IMG/VR virus record: IMGVR_UViG_3300002460_000006
Location: 1 to 48,321 of that record
Direction: 5' to 3' (one strand)
Length of the DNA: 48,321 nucleotides
DNA from: a virus
The position numbers and the translations under genes are program-made. How positions within the stretch are numbered: position 1 is the first letter of the stretch; every line of letters starts with the position of its first letter. Below, piece after piece: positions 34,374 to 45,100 of this stretch. The notes below the pieces were generated by a model that was not told where the DNA came from, did not search any database, and saw only the letters and a list, made by a program, of their open reading frames with translations.

Positions 34374-34587
34374 CTTTTAACGTCTCCTCGTATTTTTCGC
34401 CCTTTATGGTTTCTTTTTTGGCCTTCTCTTCGTTGATGTGTTTACGGAACCTCTTCTCGAGATCTCGCCACACATAGACGATTACGTATTGCCAGAGTTT
34501 TCGCACAACATAACCCTTGACCCCCAACGAGAGGACAAGGGTTTTTGCCGCAAAAGACTCAAGAATTTTCTTAACTCTTTTGTTCAT
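34312..34587 (-). CDS. Small basic protein with a weak N-terminal hydrophobic segment and a charged helical tail (i-spanin-like by arrangement).
   Basis: 91-aa ORF that overlaps the downstream lipoprotein gene. Confidence 0.5.
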   Translation of the reverse strand: MNKRVKKILESFAAKTLVLSLGVKGYVVRKLWQYVIVYVWRDLEKRFRKHINEEKAKKETIKGEKYEETLKDGVTEKAQRDATIDFLNGAD

Positions 34588-34590
34588 GGG

Positions 34591-34809
34591 CTATGCCGGT
34601 TTGTAGTTCATTTGCTTAAGAACCATCTCTAGGATCATAGAGTCTTTCTTCATGATCTCAGACACAAGTTCATAAGAGTCGATTTCAATATGATTTACAG
34701 AGGTAGCGTGAACAGATGCTTTTCCGTCGCTGTCTTTATCGACTTTGTACTCTAAACTAGAGTCTACGATCACTTTACCTGCTTCGATTTTTACTACTGG
34801 TTTTTCCAT
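34591..34809 (-). CDS. Hypothetical small protein.
   Basis: 72-aa ORF with AGGAGAG RBS. Confidence 0.55.
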   Translation of the reverse strand: MEKPVVKIEAGKVIVDSSLEYKVDKDSDGKASVHATSVNHIEIDSYELVSEIMKKDSMILEMVLKQMNYKPA

Positions 34810-34848
34810 AACTAATACTCTCCTGTTGTTGCCATCATTGGCTGTTAA

Positions 34849-35088
34849 TTATTTTTCAACTTTACCTTTTAACTCACCTAGCATTTGCAAGACTTGATTC
34901 AGAGTCACTTGCATCCCATCGAGCTTTGTCCAAATGGTGTCCGATTTCTCTTTAGATTCTACCTTGTGACGATCGAGGTCTTTCTCCAAATACAAAACTT
35001 TCGACTCCAACCTGATACACCAAATCAGGACGAAGATGAGAGACAGAACCAAAGGCCAAGCGTCTAAAATCATTTTAGGATCAGACAT
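34849..35088 (-). CDS. N-terminal single-TM plus coiled-coil protein (holin or i-spanin-like).
   Basis: ATG 35088 follows GGGAGTGAG. MSDPKMILDAWPLVLSLIFVLIWCI is followed by a heptad-like charged region. Confidence 0.55.
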   Translation of the reverse strand: MSDPKMILDAWPLVLSLIFVLIWCIRLESKVLYLEKDLDRHKVESKEKSDTIWTKLDGMQVTLNQVLQMLGELKGKVEK

Positions 35089-35092
35089 AAGC

Positions 35093-35248
35093 TCACTCCC
35101 AAGGTTTGAGTGTTTTACATTTGTAGTACTCTTGATCTTCAACTTGAGCGCAATCTTTCACGAGTGCCGAGTGTGAACACCCTGTCGCGATTAACATCGC
35201 TGCGACTATAAGACCCACAAATAGAGCTTGAATCAGTATTGTTTTCAT
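35093..35248 (-). CDS. 51-aa lipoprotein (not in the supplied track).
   Basis: Hand-translated as MKTILIQALFVGLIVAAMLIATGC|SHSALVKDCAQVEDQEYYKCKTLKPWE. Lipobox ATGC. AGGA RBS. Confidence 0.55.
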   Translation of the reverse strand: MKTILIQALFVGLIVAAMLIATGCSHSALVKDCAQVEDQEYYKCKTLKPWE

Positions 35249-35306
35249 CACATTCCTGCCTTTATAAAAAGTCCTAAAACTATTGCTACGACAATGACAT
35301 CGAAAA

Positions 35307-37820
35307 TCATCTTGGTCCTACGCATATTAAGTTGAACGGATACGCTGTCGGAGTTGCTGTACTATCGCCCGAACCAATTGCGATGGAACTTGAGCTAATA
35401 GCATTCTGATAAATGTATCTAAACCCTGATGTTTCTGTGACCGTGCAAATAGGCGCTGCGCTAAATATCGAAGCTGTAAAGGTACATGTTCTAATATTGT
35501 TACTAGTCCCAGAGACTGCGCAATTGCCGCTGATCCAGTCTCCCGTACCCTCAACAACTACACCCGCTGCCGATACCGTGGCAGATTCTATTCGAGTGAG
35601 CCCTGTAGAGCTAGAAGTCACGCCTCCCACAAGCAGAGGTGCGTTTTGATTTTCGGTCCAGCCAGTTATTGGAATTGGCCCTAAAGTTCCGCTGATTGTC
35701 GTGGCGCTGTAGGTTCCAGATGTTAAGGTCTGAAACGCGTTGGTTTGGATACCGAAACCAATGTGGGTTGTGTCACCCGATTTAACCAGACCGTAAATCG
35801 TCGCGGTGTTTCCAGATGAACCAAGTACACCTATTGGGACCGCTTGAGCACCAATCACAGTTGTATTAATAGCTAGCCCTGTCGGCAGCTCTAAAAGCTG
35901 GTTGACCCCGGTCAAAGTACCTGCAAGAAAATCAACTTTTAAGTATAAGTTTTGACCTACCCTTTTATGATAGACCGCCGTAGTCGAAACCGTTCCCCAC
36001 CCGGTGTAAGTTGGTGTGTACAGAGTCCAATCATAATTCGATTGATCCATGCGGACGGCGGTTTGTGATTGGGACGGGAAGTAATTAATATTCAGGTAGC
36101 TATATTGGGATCCTGCTACGATGTCGTAAGAAGTATCCGCAGCAGAATCTGCAAAAACTTCGATGTAATCGTTAACCACTAGATCAAGCTGACAAGTAAC
36201 TTTTTCTCTTGTGACAGCATCGTTTGAACCGCTTAGACAAACTGCTGCTCCATTTTTATAAATAGCAGCATCATGCTGTTCGGTCGCATGACTCGCAGTT
36301 AAGTAAGCCATCACAATCTGATATGAACCGTCTTTCTTTATCGTGTATCTGAAATTTGTTGTCGTATCCATTCCATTGTATGGATCTTTAGATGTCGCAT
36401 TCCACTGAACCTTAGTCGCCGAAGCTGAGGATATGGTTTGATTAGTGGAGTTTCTATAGGCGATTAGAACTGACTCAGCCTGAGCCACAGTCCCAATATT
36501 CCTAGCAACGCCCACGTAAGCGTCATCGGCATAGACATCGCCGGTTGAGCCAGAAGGTGAGTAAAGTCCAACGCCAACGCTTCCGCTAGAGGGGCCTGGG
36601 TAATTAATCGGGTACTCGTGCCATACGTCGTCCGTAAGAACGTCCGTACAAACACCAACCACTGCACCTGTATTTAAAGGGCAGACTTGAACACCTGAAG
36701 TAGAGGTTTTTACCCTGAAGTAATGCTCGAGATTCATACCAGACATTTGAATAGTTGGCGTGACATTCTGAAACCAGAACAGTCCACTTTGAGCGGCAAG
36801 CGTGAGCTTTACAGATTTTTTACCGTGTCTGATAACCGTAGTCTCAGCCGCTGGCGTAGTGCTGCCTAAAGCACTCCAACTTGTCCCATAGGTCGAATGC
36901 TCAAAGCTTGGGTTTAGAAGTAAATTATTATTACCGGTCTCAATTAAACGCTCGCTCGATCCTGTAGTGGTAAATTGGTCATAAGGTACCTTGATCGTTG
37001 TACTGGTTACACCTGAACCTTCCGATTGACCTTGCGCTGTGAGAGCTGCATCACCCCAAGTGGGGGCCAACGTAGTACCGTTGGACATTAAAAATTGACC
37101 GGCAGTACCGTTAGCGAGTCGAGTCCCAGTCCCAGAAGACCCACCATAAATCAGATCTCCACCTGTAGTCATAGGTGAGAGGGCATCAAAGCTTGCTGAT
37201 GCCGTGGTTTGGCCTGTACCACCACTGGTTAAAGGTAGGGCCGTACCGGATAAGGTGACAGCCAGAGTACCACTTGTAGTGATTGGGTTTCCTGAAACTG
37301 ACAAGAACGTGGGAACGCTCATGTCTACGCTGGTTACACCCGTGGCCGGTGCCGCAGACCAAACCGGAAGTCCTGCCGATAAAGTTAAAATCTCACCGTT
37401 GGCACCAATTGGTAATCTGGTCCCAGTCCCAGACACTCCACCGTAGATAAGATCTCCGGCAGTAGTCATAGGTGAGAGGGCATCAAATCCCGCTGAGGCA
37501 GTCGTCTGTCCTGTACCACCGTTTGTGATCGGTAAGGTACCGGTTACACCCGTGGTTAAAGGTAGACCTGTGGCGTTGGTGAGAACTCCTGACGAAGGTG
37601 TACCTAGTGCCGGTGTAGTGAATACAGGTGACGTTAAAGTCTTATTGGTGAGGGTGTCCGTGCTGTCTCTACCTACCAACGTATCCGATGCGGCCGGTGG
37701 AGTGAACGTCTTAGAAAGGTCGTTCGACTTCCAAGTATCCCCTTGTAAGGTTTTAGTTGCGGCAAAAGCAATGCTCGCACAAAAGACAAAGAACACGAGC
37801 GTTTTCAGTAATTGTTTCAT
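35307..37820 (-). CDS. Tail-fibre-like receptor-binding protein with an N-terminal Sec-type signal peptide.
   Basis: MKQLLKTLVFFVFCASIAFA|A. The module GGTGQTTASA(G/S)FDALSPMTT(A/G)GDLIYGG.SGTGTRL is duplicated. Thr/Ser/Gly-rich. Confidence 0.75.
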   Translation of the reverse strand: MKQLLKTLVFFVFCASIAFAATKTLQGDTWKSNDLSKTFTPPAASDTLVGRDSTDTLTNKTLTSPVFTTPALGTPSSGVLTNATGLPLTTGVTGTLPITNGGTGQTTASAGFDALSPMTTAGDLIYGGVSGTGTRLPIGANGEILTLSAGLPVWSAAPATGVTSVDMSVPTFLSVSGNPITTSGTLAVTLSGTALPLTSGGTGQTTASASFDALSPMTTGGDLIYGGSSGTGTRLANGTAGQFLMSNGTTLAPTWGDAALTAQGQSEGSGVTSTTIKVPYDQFTTTGSSERLIETGNNNLLLNPSFEHSTYGTSWSALGSTTPAAETTVIRHGKKSVKLTLAAQSGLFWFQNVTPTIQMSGMNLEHYFRVKTSTSGVQVCPLNTGAVVGVCTDVLTDDVWHEYPINYPGPSSGSVGVGLYSPSGSTGDVYADDAYVGVARNIGTVAQAESVLIAYRNSTNQTISSASATKVQWNATSKDPYNGMDTTTNFRYTIKKDGSYQIVMAYLTASHATEQHDAAIYKNGAAVCLSGSNDAVTREKVTCQLDLVVNDYIEVFADSAADTSYDIVAGSQYSYLNINYFPSQSQTAVRMDQSNYDWTLYTPTYTGWGTVSTTAVYHKRVGQNLYLKVDFLAGTLTGVNQLLELPTGLAINTTVIGAQAVPIGVLGSSGNTATIYGLVKSGDTTHIGFGIQTNAFQTLTSGTYSATTISGTLGPIPITGWTENQNAPLLVGGVTSSSTGLTRIESATVSAAGVVVEGTGDWISGNCAVSGTSNNIRTCTFTASIFSAAPICTVTETSGFRYIYQNAISSSSIAIGSGDSTATPTAYPFNLICVGPR

Positions 37821-37832
37821 AATAATTCTCCG

Positions 37833-39131
37833 TTAAATTAACCCGTTCGATGACTCAAGAACCCAGTTAGTGCCGTCAAATACGAACACAACGATGGAGT
37901 TTTCACCGAAAATTAAAGTCGCCCCGCCTGTGCTCAACCCGTTCCCGTCAGCCATGGTGACTGTATTCACACCACTACGACCGATCAAAGTGAGCCTTTG
38001 ACCAACGTTTGTTCCTGCCGCAATTCTAGCCGCAGCAGTAACCGTAACCGCTCCACCTGAACCTTGAATGAACCAAAGATTGTTATAACTAGTACCCGTA
38101 AACGAAATGCCCGTAGCGCCTACAACGGCACTAGGTGCGGCTCTCGTGCCGGTTACTGAAGGAGCGGCAATACTGGCTGCACTGGCCGCCGCTGCCGCTG
38201 CACTTGCCGCCGCGTTGGTTTCTGAAGTAGCGGCATTGGTCTCAGACGTGGCCGCATTAGCTTCGGAGCTAGCCGCAGTTATTACACTGGCCGCCGCTGC
38301 ATCTTCGCTGGCCTCTGCCGCTGTTGCGGCGGTGCTTGCCGTTGTGGCACTGGTAGCCGCGTTAGTTGCAGAAGTGGCGGCATTGGTCTCTGAGGTAGCC
38401 GCGTTGGTTGCGGAAGTGGCGGCCGAAGTGGCACTGGTAGCCGCGTTGGTTGCAGAAGTGGCGGCATCAGTCGCAGAAGTCGCTGCCGAAGTGGCACTGG
38501 TAGCCGCGTTGGTTGCTGAAGTGGCCGCTTGCGACTCACTGGTGGCTGCTGCCGCTGCACTTGCCGCCGCTGCCGCTGCGTCCGCCGCTAGATCGACCGT
38601 CGAGGGGCCTATCTTAAATGAAGCGTTATCGTCACCAACACAGATGACTTTATCTACATTGTTTTGAGTGGCTACAGTCGTGGAGAATATAGGAATAAGT
38701 GGGTCAAAAGGTTCTGAGTCCACCAAAGAGTCCCCGATTTGCATGGACCTTGAGACTCGATAAGTAAGGCGCTGAACGGCCAAACCTAATGCGTCCAGTG
38801 CAGACTCTAAACGAGAGAGTGTGAGTGAACCTTTATTCTTAAACTCAGAGGCTTGGACTGGTTCATCGTTGGCTTGAAGGATCGTGAGGAAATGACCAGA
38901 AGGGAGAGCGTCAACTAAGACAACAGTTCCTCCGCCTAGCACCGCATCAAAGGTCACGGAGTCGATATAAGTCGTGTCACTCCCTCGAACTCTGAACGTC
39001 TCAACATATGAAGCATTCGTCACCATGATGATGAGATGTTCCAACGAGGTTATTTTAAACGGAAAAGTATAGGTGTCTAAAAGACCCGTTCCGATAGCTT
39101 CAGTTCTTGGTTGAAACAACTCTATTGCCAT
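37833..39131 (-). CDS. Tail fibre with a T7 gp17-like N-terminal anchoring region and an Ala/Thr/Ser heptad shaft.
   Basis: N-terminal ..LDTYTFPFKITSLEHLIIMVTN resembles recalled gp17 ..RDFNIPFEYLARKFVVVTL. About 17 heptads of the NAATSAT type. Confidence 0.7.
   Translation of the reverse strand: MAIELFQPRTEAIGTGLLDTYTFPFKITSLEHLIIMVTNASYVETFRVRGSDTTYIDSVTFDAVLGGGTVVLVDALPSGHFLTILQANDEPVQASEFKNKGSLTLSRLESALDALGLAVQRLTYRVSRSMQIGDSLVDSEPFDPLIPIFSTTVATQNNVDKVICVGDDNASFKIGPSTVDLAADAAAAAASAAAAATSESQAATSATNAATSATSAATSATDAATSATNAATSATSAATSATNAATSETNAATSATNAATSATTASTAATAAEASEDAAAASVITAASSEANAATSETNAATSETNAAASAAAAAASAASIAAPSVTGTRAAPSAVVGATGISFTGTSYNNLWFIQGSGGAVTVTAAARIAAGTNVGQRLTLIGRSGVNTVTMADGNGLSTGGATLIFGENSIVVFVFDGTNWVLESSNGLI
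38166..38591 (-). repeat. In-frame 21-bp (heptad) tandem repeat region inside the fibre gene.
   Basis: Repeated GAAGTGGCGGCATTGGTCTCT-type units on the plus strand encode AATSATN/AATSETN. Confidence 0.85.
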
Positions 39132-39170
39132 ATGGCAATGATGAGGGATCTATTTGTTGACAGTCAAGAT

Positions 39171-42100
39171 TTAAGCTCCCTCCGCACTAGATACTTTGGA
39201 CTTCACCCAAGATTTAAAGTCTTTAACTTTCATGGAGTTTTTAAAACCGTTGGCCTCTAAAACACCCTTACCTACTAGACTCTTAAGTTTTACGTCCCCT
39301 TCGGCAGAAAGCACTTTAACAGCGGCGTCTATACCTAAGAAATGAGCCGAGTATATACTCTCGGTATTTATCGGTAGACCCTCACCTTCAAGTTGTTCCA
39401 TGTTGCGCTCTGTGAACCACTTCATGGCTTTTTCTTGCTGCGATGTGTCTTTAGAGACTCGACCGTTCTCGGTAAGCTCCAACTCGGGAGCCTCGTTCAT
39501 GATTGCGTTCCATGTCCCTTGAGTGAACTGGTATAGTCCTGCGGCGGTAGAGTTAGGGTTTCTCGCATACCACTTCCCGTCACTCTCGAGTTTTTTGATA
39601 GTCTCCATGGCGCCGTCAGGTATTGGGGTCGGTTGACGATTCGGGTTAATCTCTACGTCAAGTTGTTTAAGTTGTTCCATAAACTCTTCATCGATATCAG
39701 ATTCACCTTCGTTGTTCTTGACATATTGTTTTATCTCGTTCGACAAAGCTTGAACGTCACTTTCAATGAAATTTGCAACAGGTTTCTTGGCAAATTTATA
39801 AAACTTAAACCCTGCGTTGACAGGTAAGCCTCCCACCAAATAAGACAATGTAGACAAAGAAGACTTCAATTGTCGCTCGCTCAAGCCATGTTTATAGTTT
39901 TGGTAAACTAACATTTCTCTTAACGCCGACAGCGATGTCGCCGAGTCACTCGTCATAGAAGTTGCAACGATGCCGGCCGGTTTAAAATCCCTGTCATTGT
40001 AAGGATTAAAGGCCGCATAAACAATATCTCTAACTACAGGAGTGTTTTCGGTAAATCGATCTATACCAAAAGTAGGCGCTTCCTTGAGGAAGCTGAGTGT
40101 CTTGGAACCCATTTTCGCCCTACCGTCTTCCGTTGTAATGTCTTCCATGTCAATGGGACCGTCGCCTCTAACTGTAGCCACGATGAGTTTATAAAGAACC
40201 GCAGTAACCAAGAAAGCCACGGCAGCACTGGCTGCGGATTTCCCGTGCATATAAGCTTTTCTGTAATCCCTACCTTTAGGGTCCTGGGCACCATCTGTCG
40301 TCCCCGATGTCCCACCACCGTCTCCACCGTCATCTCCACCGCCACCCCCACTCAATGCACGAAGTGCTAGGATAGATTGTTGACGAGCCTTTCTGACGGC
40401 ATATATGGAGTTATTAAGGGAGTTTCTTGCGTCATTCCAAAAAGGGATCAACAGTTTGGTAGCGGGTAGTTTCTGAACGGCCGCTCGATCCATTGAATCA
40501 CCTGACGTCAAGGTGAGTCGTGCAAGGGAACTAGCAAACCCTTTAGCGCGGTTGACTCTGGTTTCAGGGTCCATTTTGGTGACCGCATCCAAACTCCAAC
40601 CTGGGGCCTCACCTGCCATAAACTGAGAGTATCCCGCCAAAGTTACCACAAACTTTTGCATACTATCCACGGTAGCTAAACCTTGGAACCCCACTAGAGT
40701 GATGAACTCTTGGGCTCGTTTGATCGGGTCCGTCGAAGTGAAGACTCGTTTCTTACCTAAAAGTTTGATGAGTGTTCCTTGAGTATTCTCATCTACACCG
40801 GACATATTGTCTCGAATCGCAGGGTTAATCTCCGCTGCAATCTCCGCCAAATCGGCGTAATCATCGATATTGGTCGCTAAAATATCCAATATCTTACCGA
40901 TGTGCTTTAAACCGTTTGGTCCCATCTTTTCCAATGCGAACGGTAAGGATGCACTTTGGATCGCAATAGATGCCACGTTACCGACCAACACTGTCACCGC
41001 GTGAGCGGATTGAGCGCCGTTAATGATTTTCATTACGAAGTTATTGGACTCACTAAAAGCCTTGATGTTTCCGATTTCCACTGAAGACGCGGTGTCAATG
41101 ATGTTGGAAACGATCATTTTATAGGCAGGCTCCCCTGCTATCGCGATGATGTCCCTTGAGAACTGTTCAGACTTCAGCAACTTCAGCGCATCTCTGATCG
41201 GGGTTCTCATCGCCAAGTCGTGAATCAGTTGCTCAAAACCCAATGCGATCCCGCTCATGGAAGTGGACACTACTCTCGTACTCCCCGTCCTGGCTTTCAA
41301 GTGACCTTGTTTGGTCATACCTTCCGCAAATTGAAATTCTGGAAGTTTATCCTCACTGGTAAATAACTCGAAGGTTTTAAGAGTGTCCTTGATTGTCTGA
41401 AGGACGTCACTCCCATCGGTGTAAATGATCGGGAAGTAACCTCCAGGTCGTACTTTATCTTGGAAGACCCAAGGTTTAGCGGCAACTTTCTCAGGTGTGA
41501 CGCCTTTGTGCAACTTTTCAAGAGCTGCGACTTTGGGCCAAAGGGACTCGTATATATCGAAAATACCCTGTACCAAGTCCGCGTGTTTTGGGGTGAGATA
41601 TTTATCGAAAACCTGAGTGAGGACCTCTTCCGGGACCCCGTAGTTTTTGCGAGCTTCAACGTTCCCCTCATTACCGCCATTGAGCATCATCATGAAAAGG
41701 TCCGACTCACGCATCCGCCCAGAACTTAAGACAGGATAGTTTTCAAACTCTTTGACGAAGATGTCTTTCACTGACATCTTTTTAAATTCCTTCTGACCTA
41801 AAGTCTTATCTATCACTTTCACAAACTGATCTCGAACTTGACCTACCATTTCACCTTTGTAGGCAAAACCTTGGTCGCTGTATTCACCCACACCTTTGAT
41901 CGGTTGGACTATCGCCTGGTTAAAGAGTCCACCGATCACACCTTGATCTAAATTCAACACTGTGTGCTCGACGTTTGAGATTAGAGCCTCTCCGTGCTTT
42001 AGGACCTTATCCAATACTCGGAACGGGTTAGGGGCTCCTTGAGGGTTTAGGACTCTCTTCGGGTCATAATCAGGGTGAAGGACCGCCTTCTCGTGTACGT

Positions 42101-45100
42101 CCTGAGTGATCTGTTCGATGGTACGCTCTTCCTTGCGTTTCTTTTGGTTACTCAAGAGTTTATTCTTCAGGCGAGCCTGATGGAAGAGACCTTTGAGTCG
42201 ATCCTGTATGACCAACACCTGATTTACGGTTAGATCTTGAACACTCGTTTTAGGGTCACTCAACTCCGCAGGGATCGATACGTCACCGTTACCTTCTTGT
42301 ACCATCTTTTTGACGTACTTATTATAGGCCCCTTGTTCGGACGTATCCTTCAGGCTCTTACTGAGGTGGAAGGTATCCATGATCTCAATATAGGCTTTTT
42401 CGATCGTCCCACCAGCCTCTTTGAAGACTGCACGAATCTTAGGTCCGTTGAAGTTCTTGAAGTTTTTGATAGCTCTATTGACCGAACCAGTTTTAACCTG
42501 GGACTCTTTGACTAGCAGACTGTTTAACGCCTCTGTTTCTTTGTTGACAAATGCGGTTTCAAAATCCCCTTTGGTCCAAGCCGTGACGGCAAGTCTTAAG
42601 TTCTTCTTTTCCGCCACCTTAAAGAGATTGGGTTTCAAATGTTTAACCGGAATCTGCCCTACAATACCTTCTGCTCTGGCTACCAATTCAGGAATAGTAG
42701 GTAGAGGTAAGGCTATGCGTTTAATGGAACCCTTCGTGGTCGGCCACTCGTGGTCTTTCATGAATTTCATTTGAACCAAATCGTTTACGACTTTGGCGTT
42801 ATAAGCTTTTGAAATCGCCAATTCGTTTAAGTCCACACTCTCGTCCACCAAATATTGGATTTCCTCTGAGCGTTTATCTACGGCGGCTTTTACCTGACGT
42901 TTACGTTGGGGGGTCTGAGATAGTATCTGAAGTAACAACTTCCCACTACCAACTCCGACCATTCGCGCGGAGGCATCGGGACTCACCCCACCTTTGACAA
43001 AAACCTTACTGTCTTTCAGTACGGGATCATTAAGGTAATGTTGCAGGTCTTCCGGTAACTGACGAGGGTCTATTGCAAAAGGGGAGTAACCCTTCTTATG
43101 GTGAGCGGCGGTGAGATCACTAGCGACCGTATCCTTAGGGTAGCGGGTCTCGTTTAAGTACGGCGCTTTTTTGGCTTTTGGCACCCTCTCATAATTTGCG
43201 AATTTATCCACTATCAGTAAGTTGGGGTTATCTTTGAGTCTGTCTCTTTGAGTCTCAAACTCCACCTGAGTCGCTTCCTCGATGGCTTCAGTTTTAACCT
43301 GATCCATTTCATACTGGGCGGTTTCGTCTATGTTCTCAATGATCAACTGTCTAGCGGCCTTCACCTTGTCGTCGAAGTTCTTGACCTCGGCTTCAGGTAT
43401 GCTCTGACGAATCAGATCCGTGAAGGTCGGTTGGTTATAAAAGTCTTGCTCGGAGTAGATGTTATTCTCCGGTTGAGGTACGTCGAGCGCCTCTTGAAGT
43501 GCCAACTTAGACTCAGGCGTCGCGTCCGGCGCATTCAACTGCTCGGTAAGCTCTTGCTTCTTAGCTTGAGCCTCGTTCATTTTCTGTAAAAACTCCTTAG
43601 CCGATCCAGGCTTGGGACCTTCAGGGTTGAGCTTCATGTACTCGCTCAAAGTAGGGTAATCGTCCACGACATCGGCGAACTTGTGGGCATCTACTCTCAC
43701 CTGTTGAGTGTACTGGGAAGCTGTTGCCTCTGAGGGGTCGATCATATTACGAAGGGCTGCTCCGACCTTCTCGTCCGTCGCCATGATTTGAAGATCTTCT
43801 TTATCGAAATAGATGTCTTTTATACCGGCTTTATCCAAAGCCTCTTTTCGAATTTGTGAAACTTGATCTTTGGCCACTTGATGGGCCTTGGTCTTTTTTG
43901 TCACATCTGAGATGTGAGTGATTACGTCTTGCGCTTCCAAGACATCTATTTGTTGTTGCTCGGGCGTATAGGGTCCAAGTTTTTTACCATCTCCCCCGGC
44001 AGGTCTTTCGGCTACAATGTCACTCTTCCTAGGTACAATGCTATCTTCCTGCCAAAGGGGTCCCTTGGCTTTCCCGCCTCCCGGTAAGAGAGGTTTATCA
44101 GGACCAATAGGGATGCTTTTGCTATCCCCTGGGGTCACGTCTCGCTCTATAACTGAACCGAAACGATCCCTAGTGACTTTGGCACTGATAATATTTCCCG
44201 CTGTGGAGAGGGCCCCTGCCGCTAGTCCACCCTCTTTGGTGGCCTGTGCGATACGGTTTGTATGTTTGTTTAGATTGTTGGAGAAATTTATCACCCCGTT
44301 GACAAGACTCGCCTCGGAGGTTTCTTGATTGAAAGTGCCGCCGATCTCCTCACCGAGAATTTTAACCATCTCAGTTAAACCGGCTCCGCCCCCACCCGCT
44401 GTCACAGCCTTACCTATATTCAAGACGGCAAATCGAAAGGCCTCACCTTTAGGGGAGAGTACGAACTGTTTCACGAAAGTTGCAGGGTTGGTGTATTTGT
44501 CTAAATAAGGAATACTTCGAGAGACGTACTTGGTGACCCCACCGGCAATGAGTCCAGAAAGGACACCCACACCTCGTGATATATTTCTTTTCGTATCGTC
44601 ATCAATAGTTAAAGGGGTACCGTCCTCGTTGACAGCGTTGGATAATTCGTTGTACATGGATGCGCTCTGCTGTTTGTAACCGTCCAAGACCCCGGTGGCT
44701 GCCACCGCTGCACCTAAAGCGGGTACACCCACCGCTGCGGCCCCAGTAATTGCACCAACTGGACCGCCAGGGGAGCCCGCTACAACTCCTACACCGGCGC
44801 CAGCTAGACTTAAAGTGGCGATCTCTTTATAATTCCTACCAATGAATTGACCAAAGTCCTTACCGGCGGAGAACAATTCTCCGGGAATAGTCTCAAAGCC
44901 CCCGGTGATACCGTAAGTCTCTTGGGATGCTCTCAGTCTTTCGTCATTGAGAATCTGAAGGTCCATCTCCTTGTCTTCATTCCACTTCTCGGGAAACTCC
45001 ATTTTCTCATAGGCAAGCTCATTGATGTCTCGATTTAAATCTACCCCCTTGAGTTTACTCCCCCAACTTTTACTCAAGCTCTCAATGTACGAAAGGGGCT

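Noticed and set aside
38107-38667. 186-aa plus-strand ORF and 92-aa alternative-frame ORF (38282..38560) rich in Ala/Leu/Val or Pro/Gln/Arg.
   Set aside because: Both are by-products of the GC-rich 21-bp heptad repeat inside the fibre gene. They have no independent start signals.
35307-39131. Diversity-generating retroelement acting on the fibre genes (considered because of the possible BPP-1-like feel of the head module).
   Set aside because: No reverse transcriptase ORF exists anywhere in the window. I found no template/variable repeat pair with adenine-specific differences. The internal fibre duplications are ordinary in-frame repeats.
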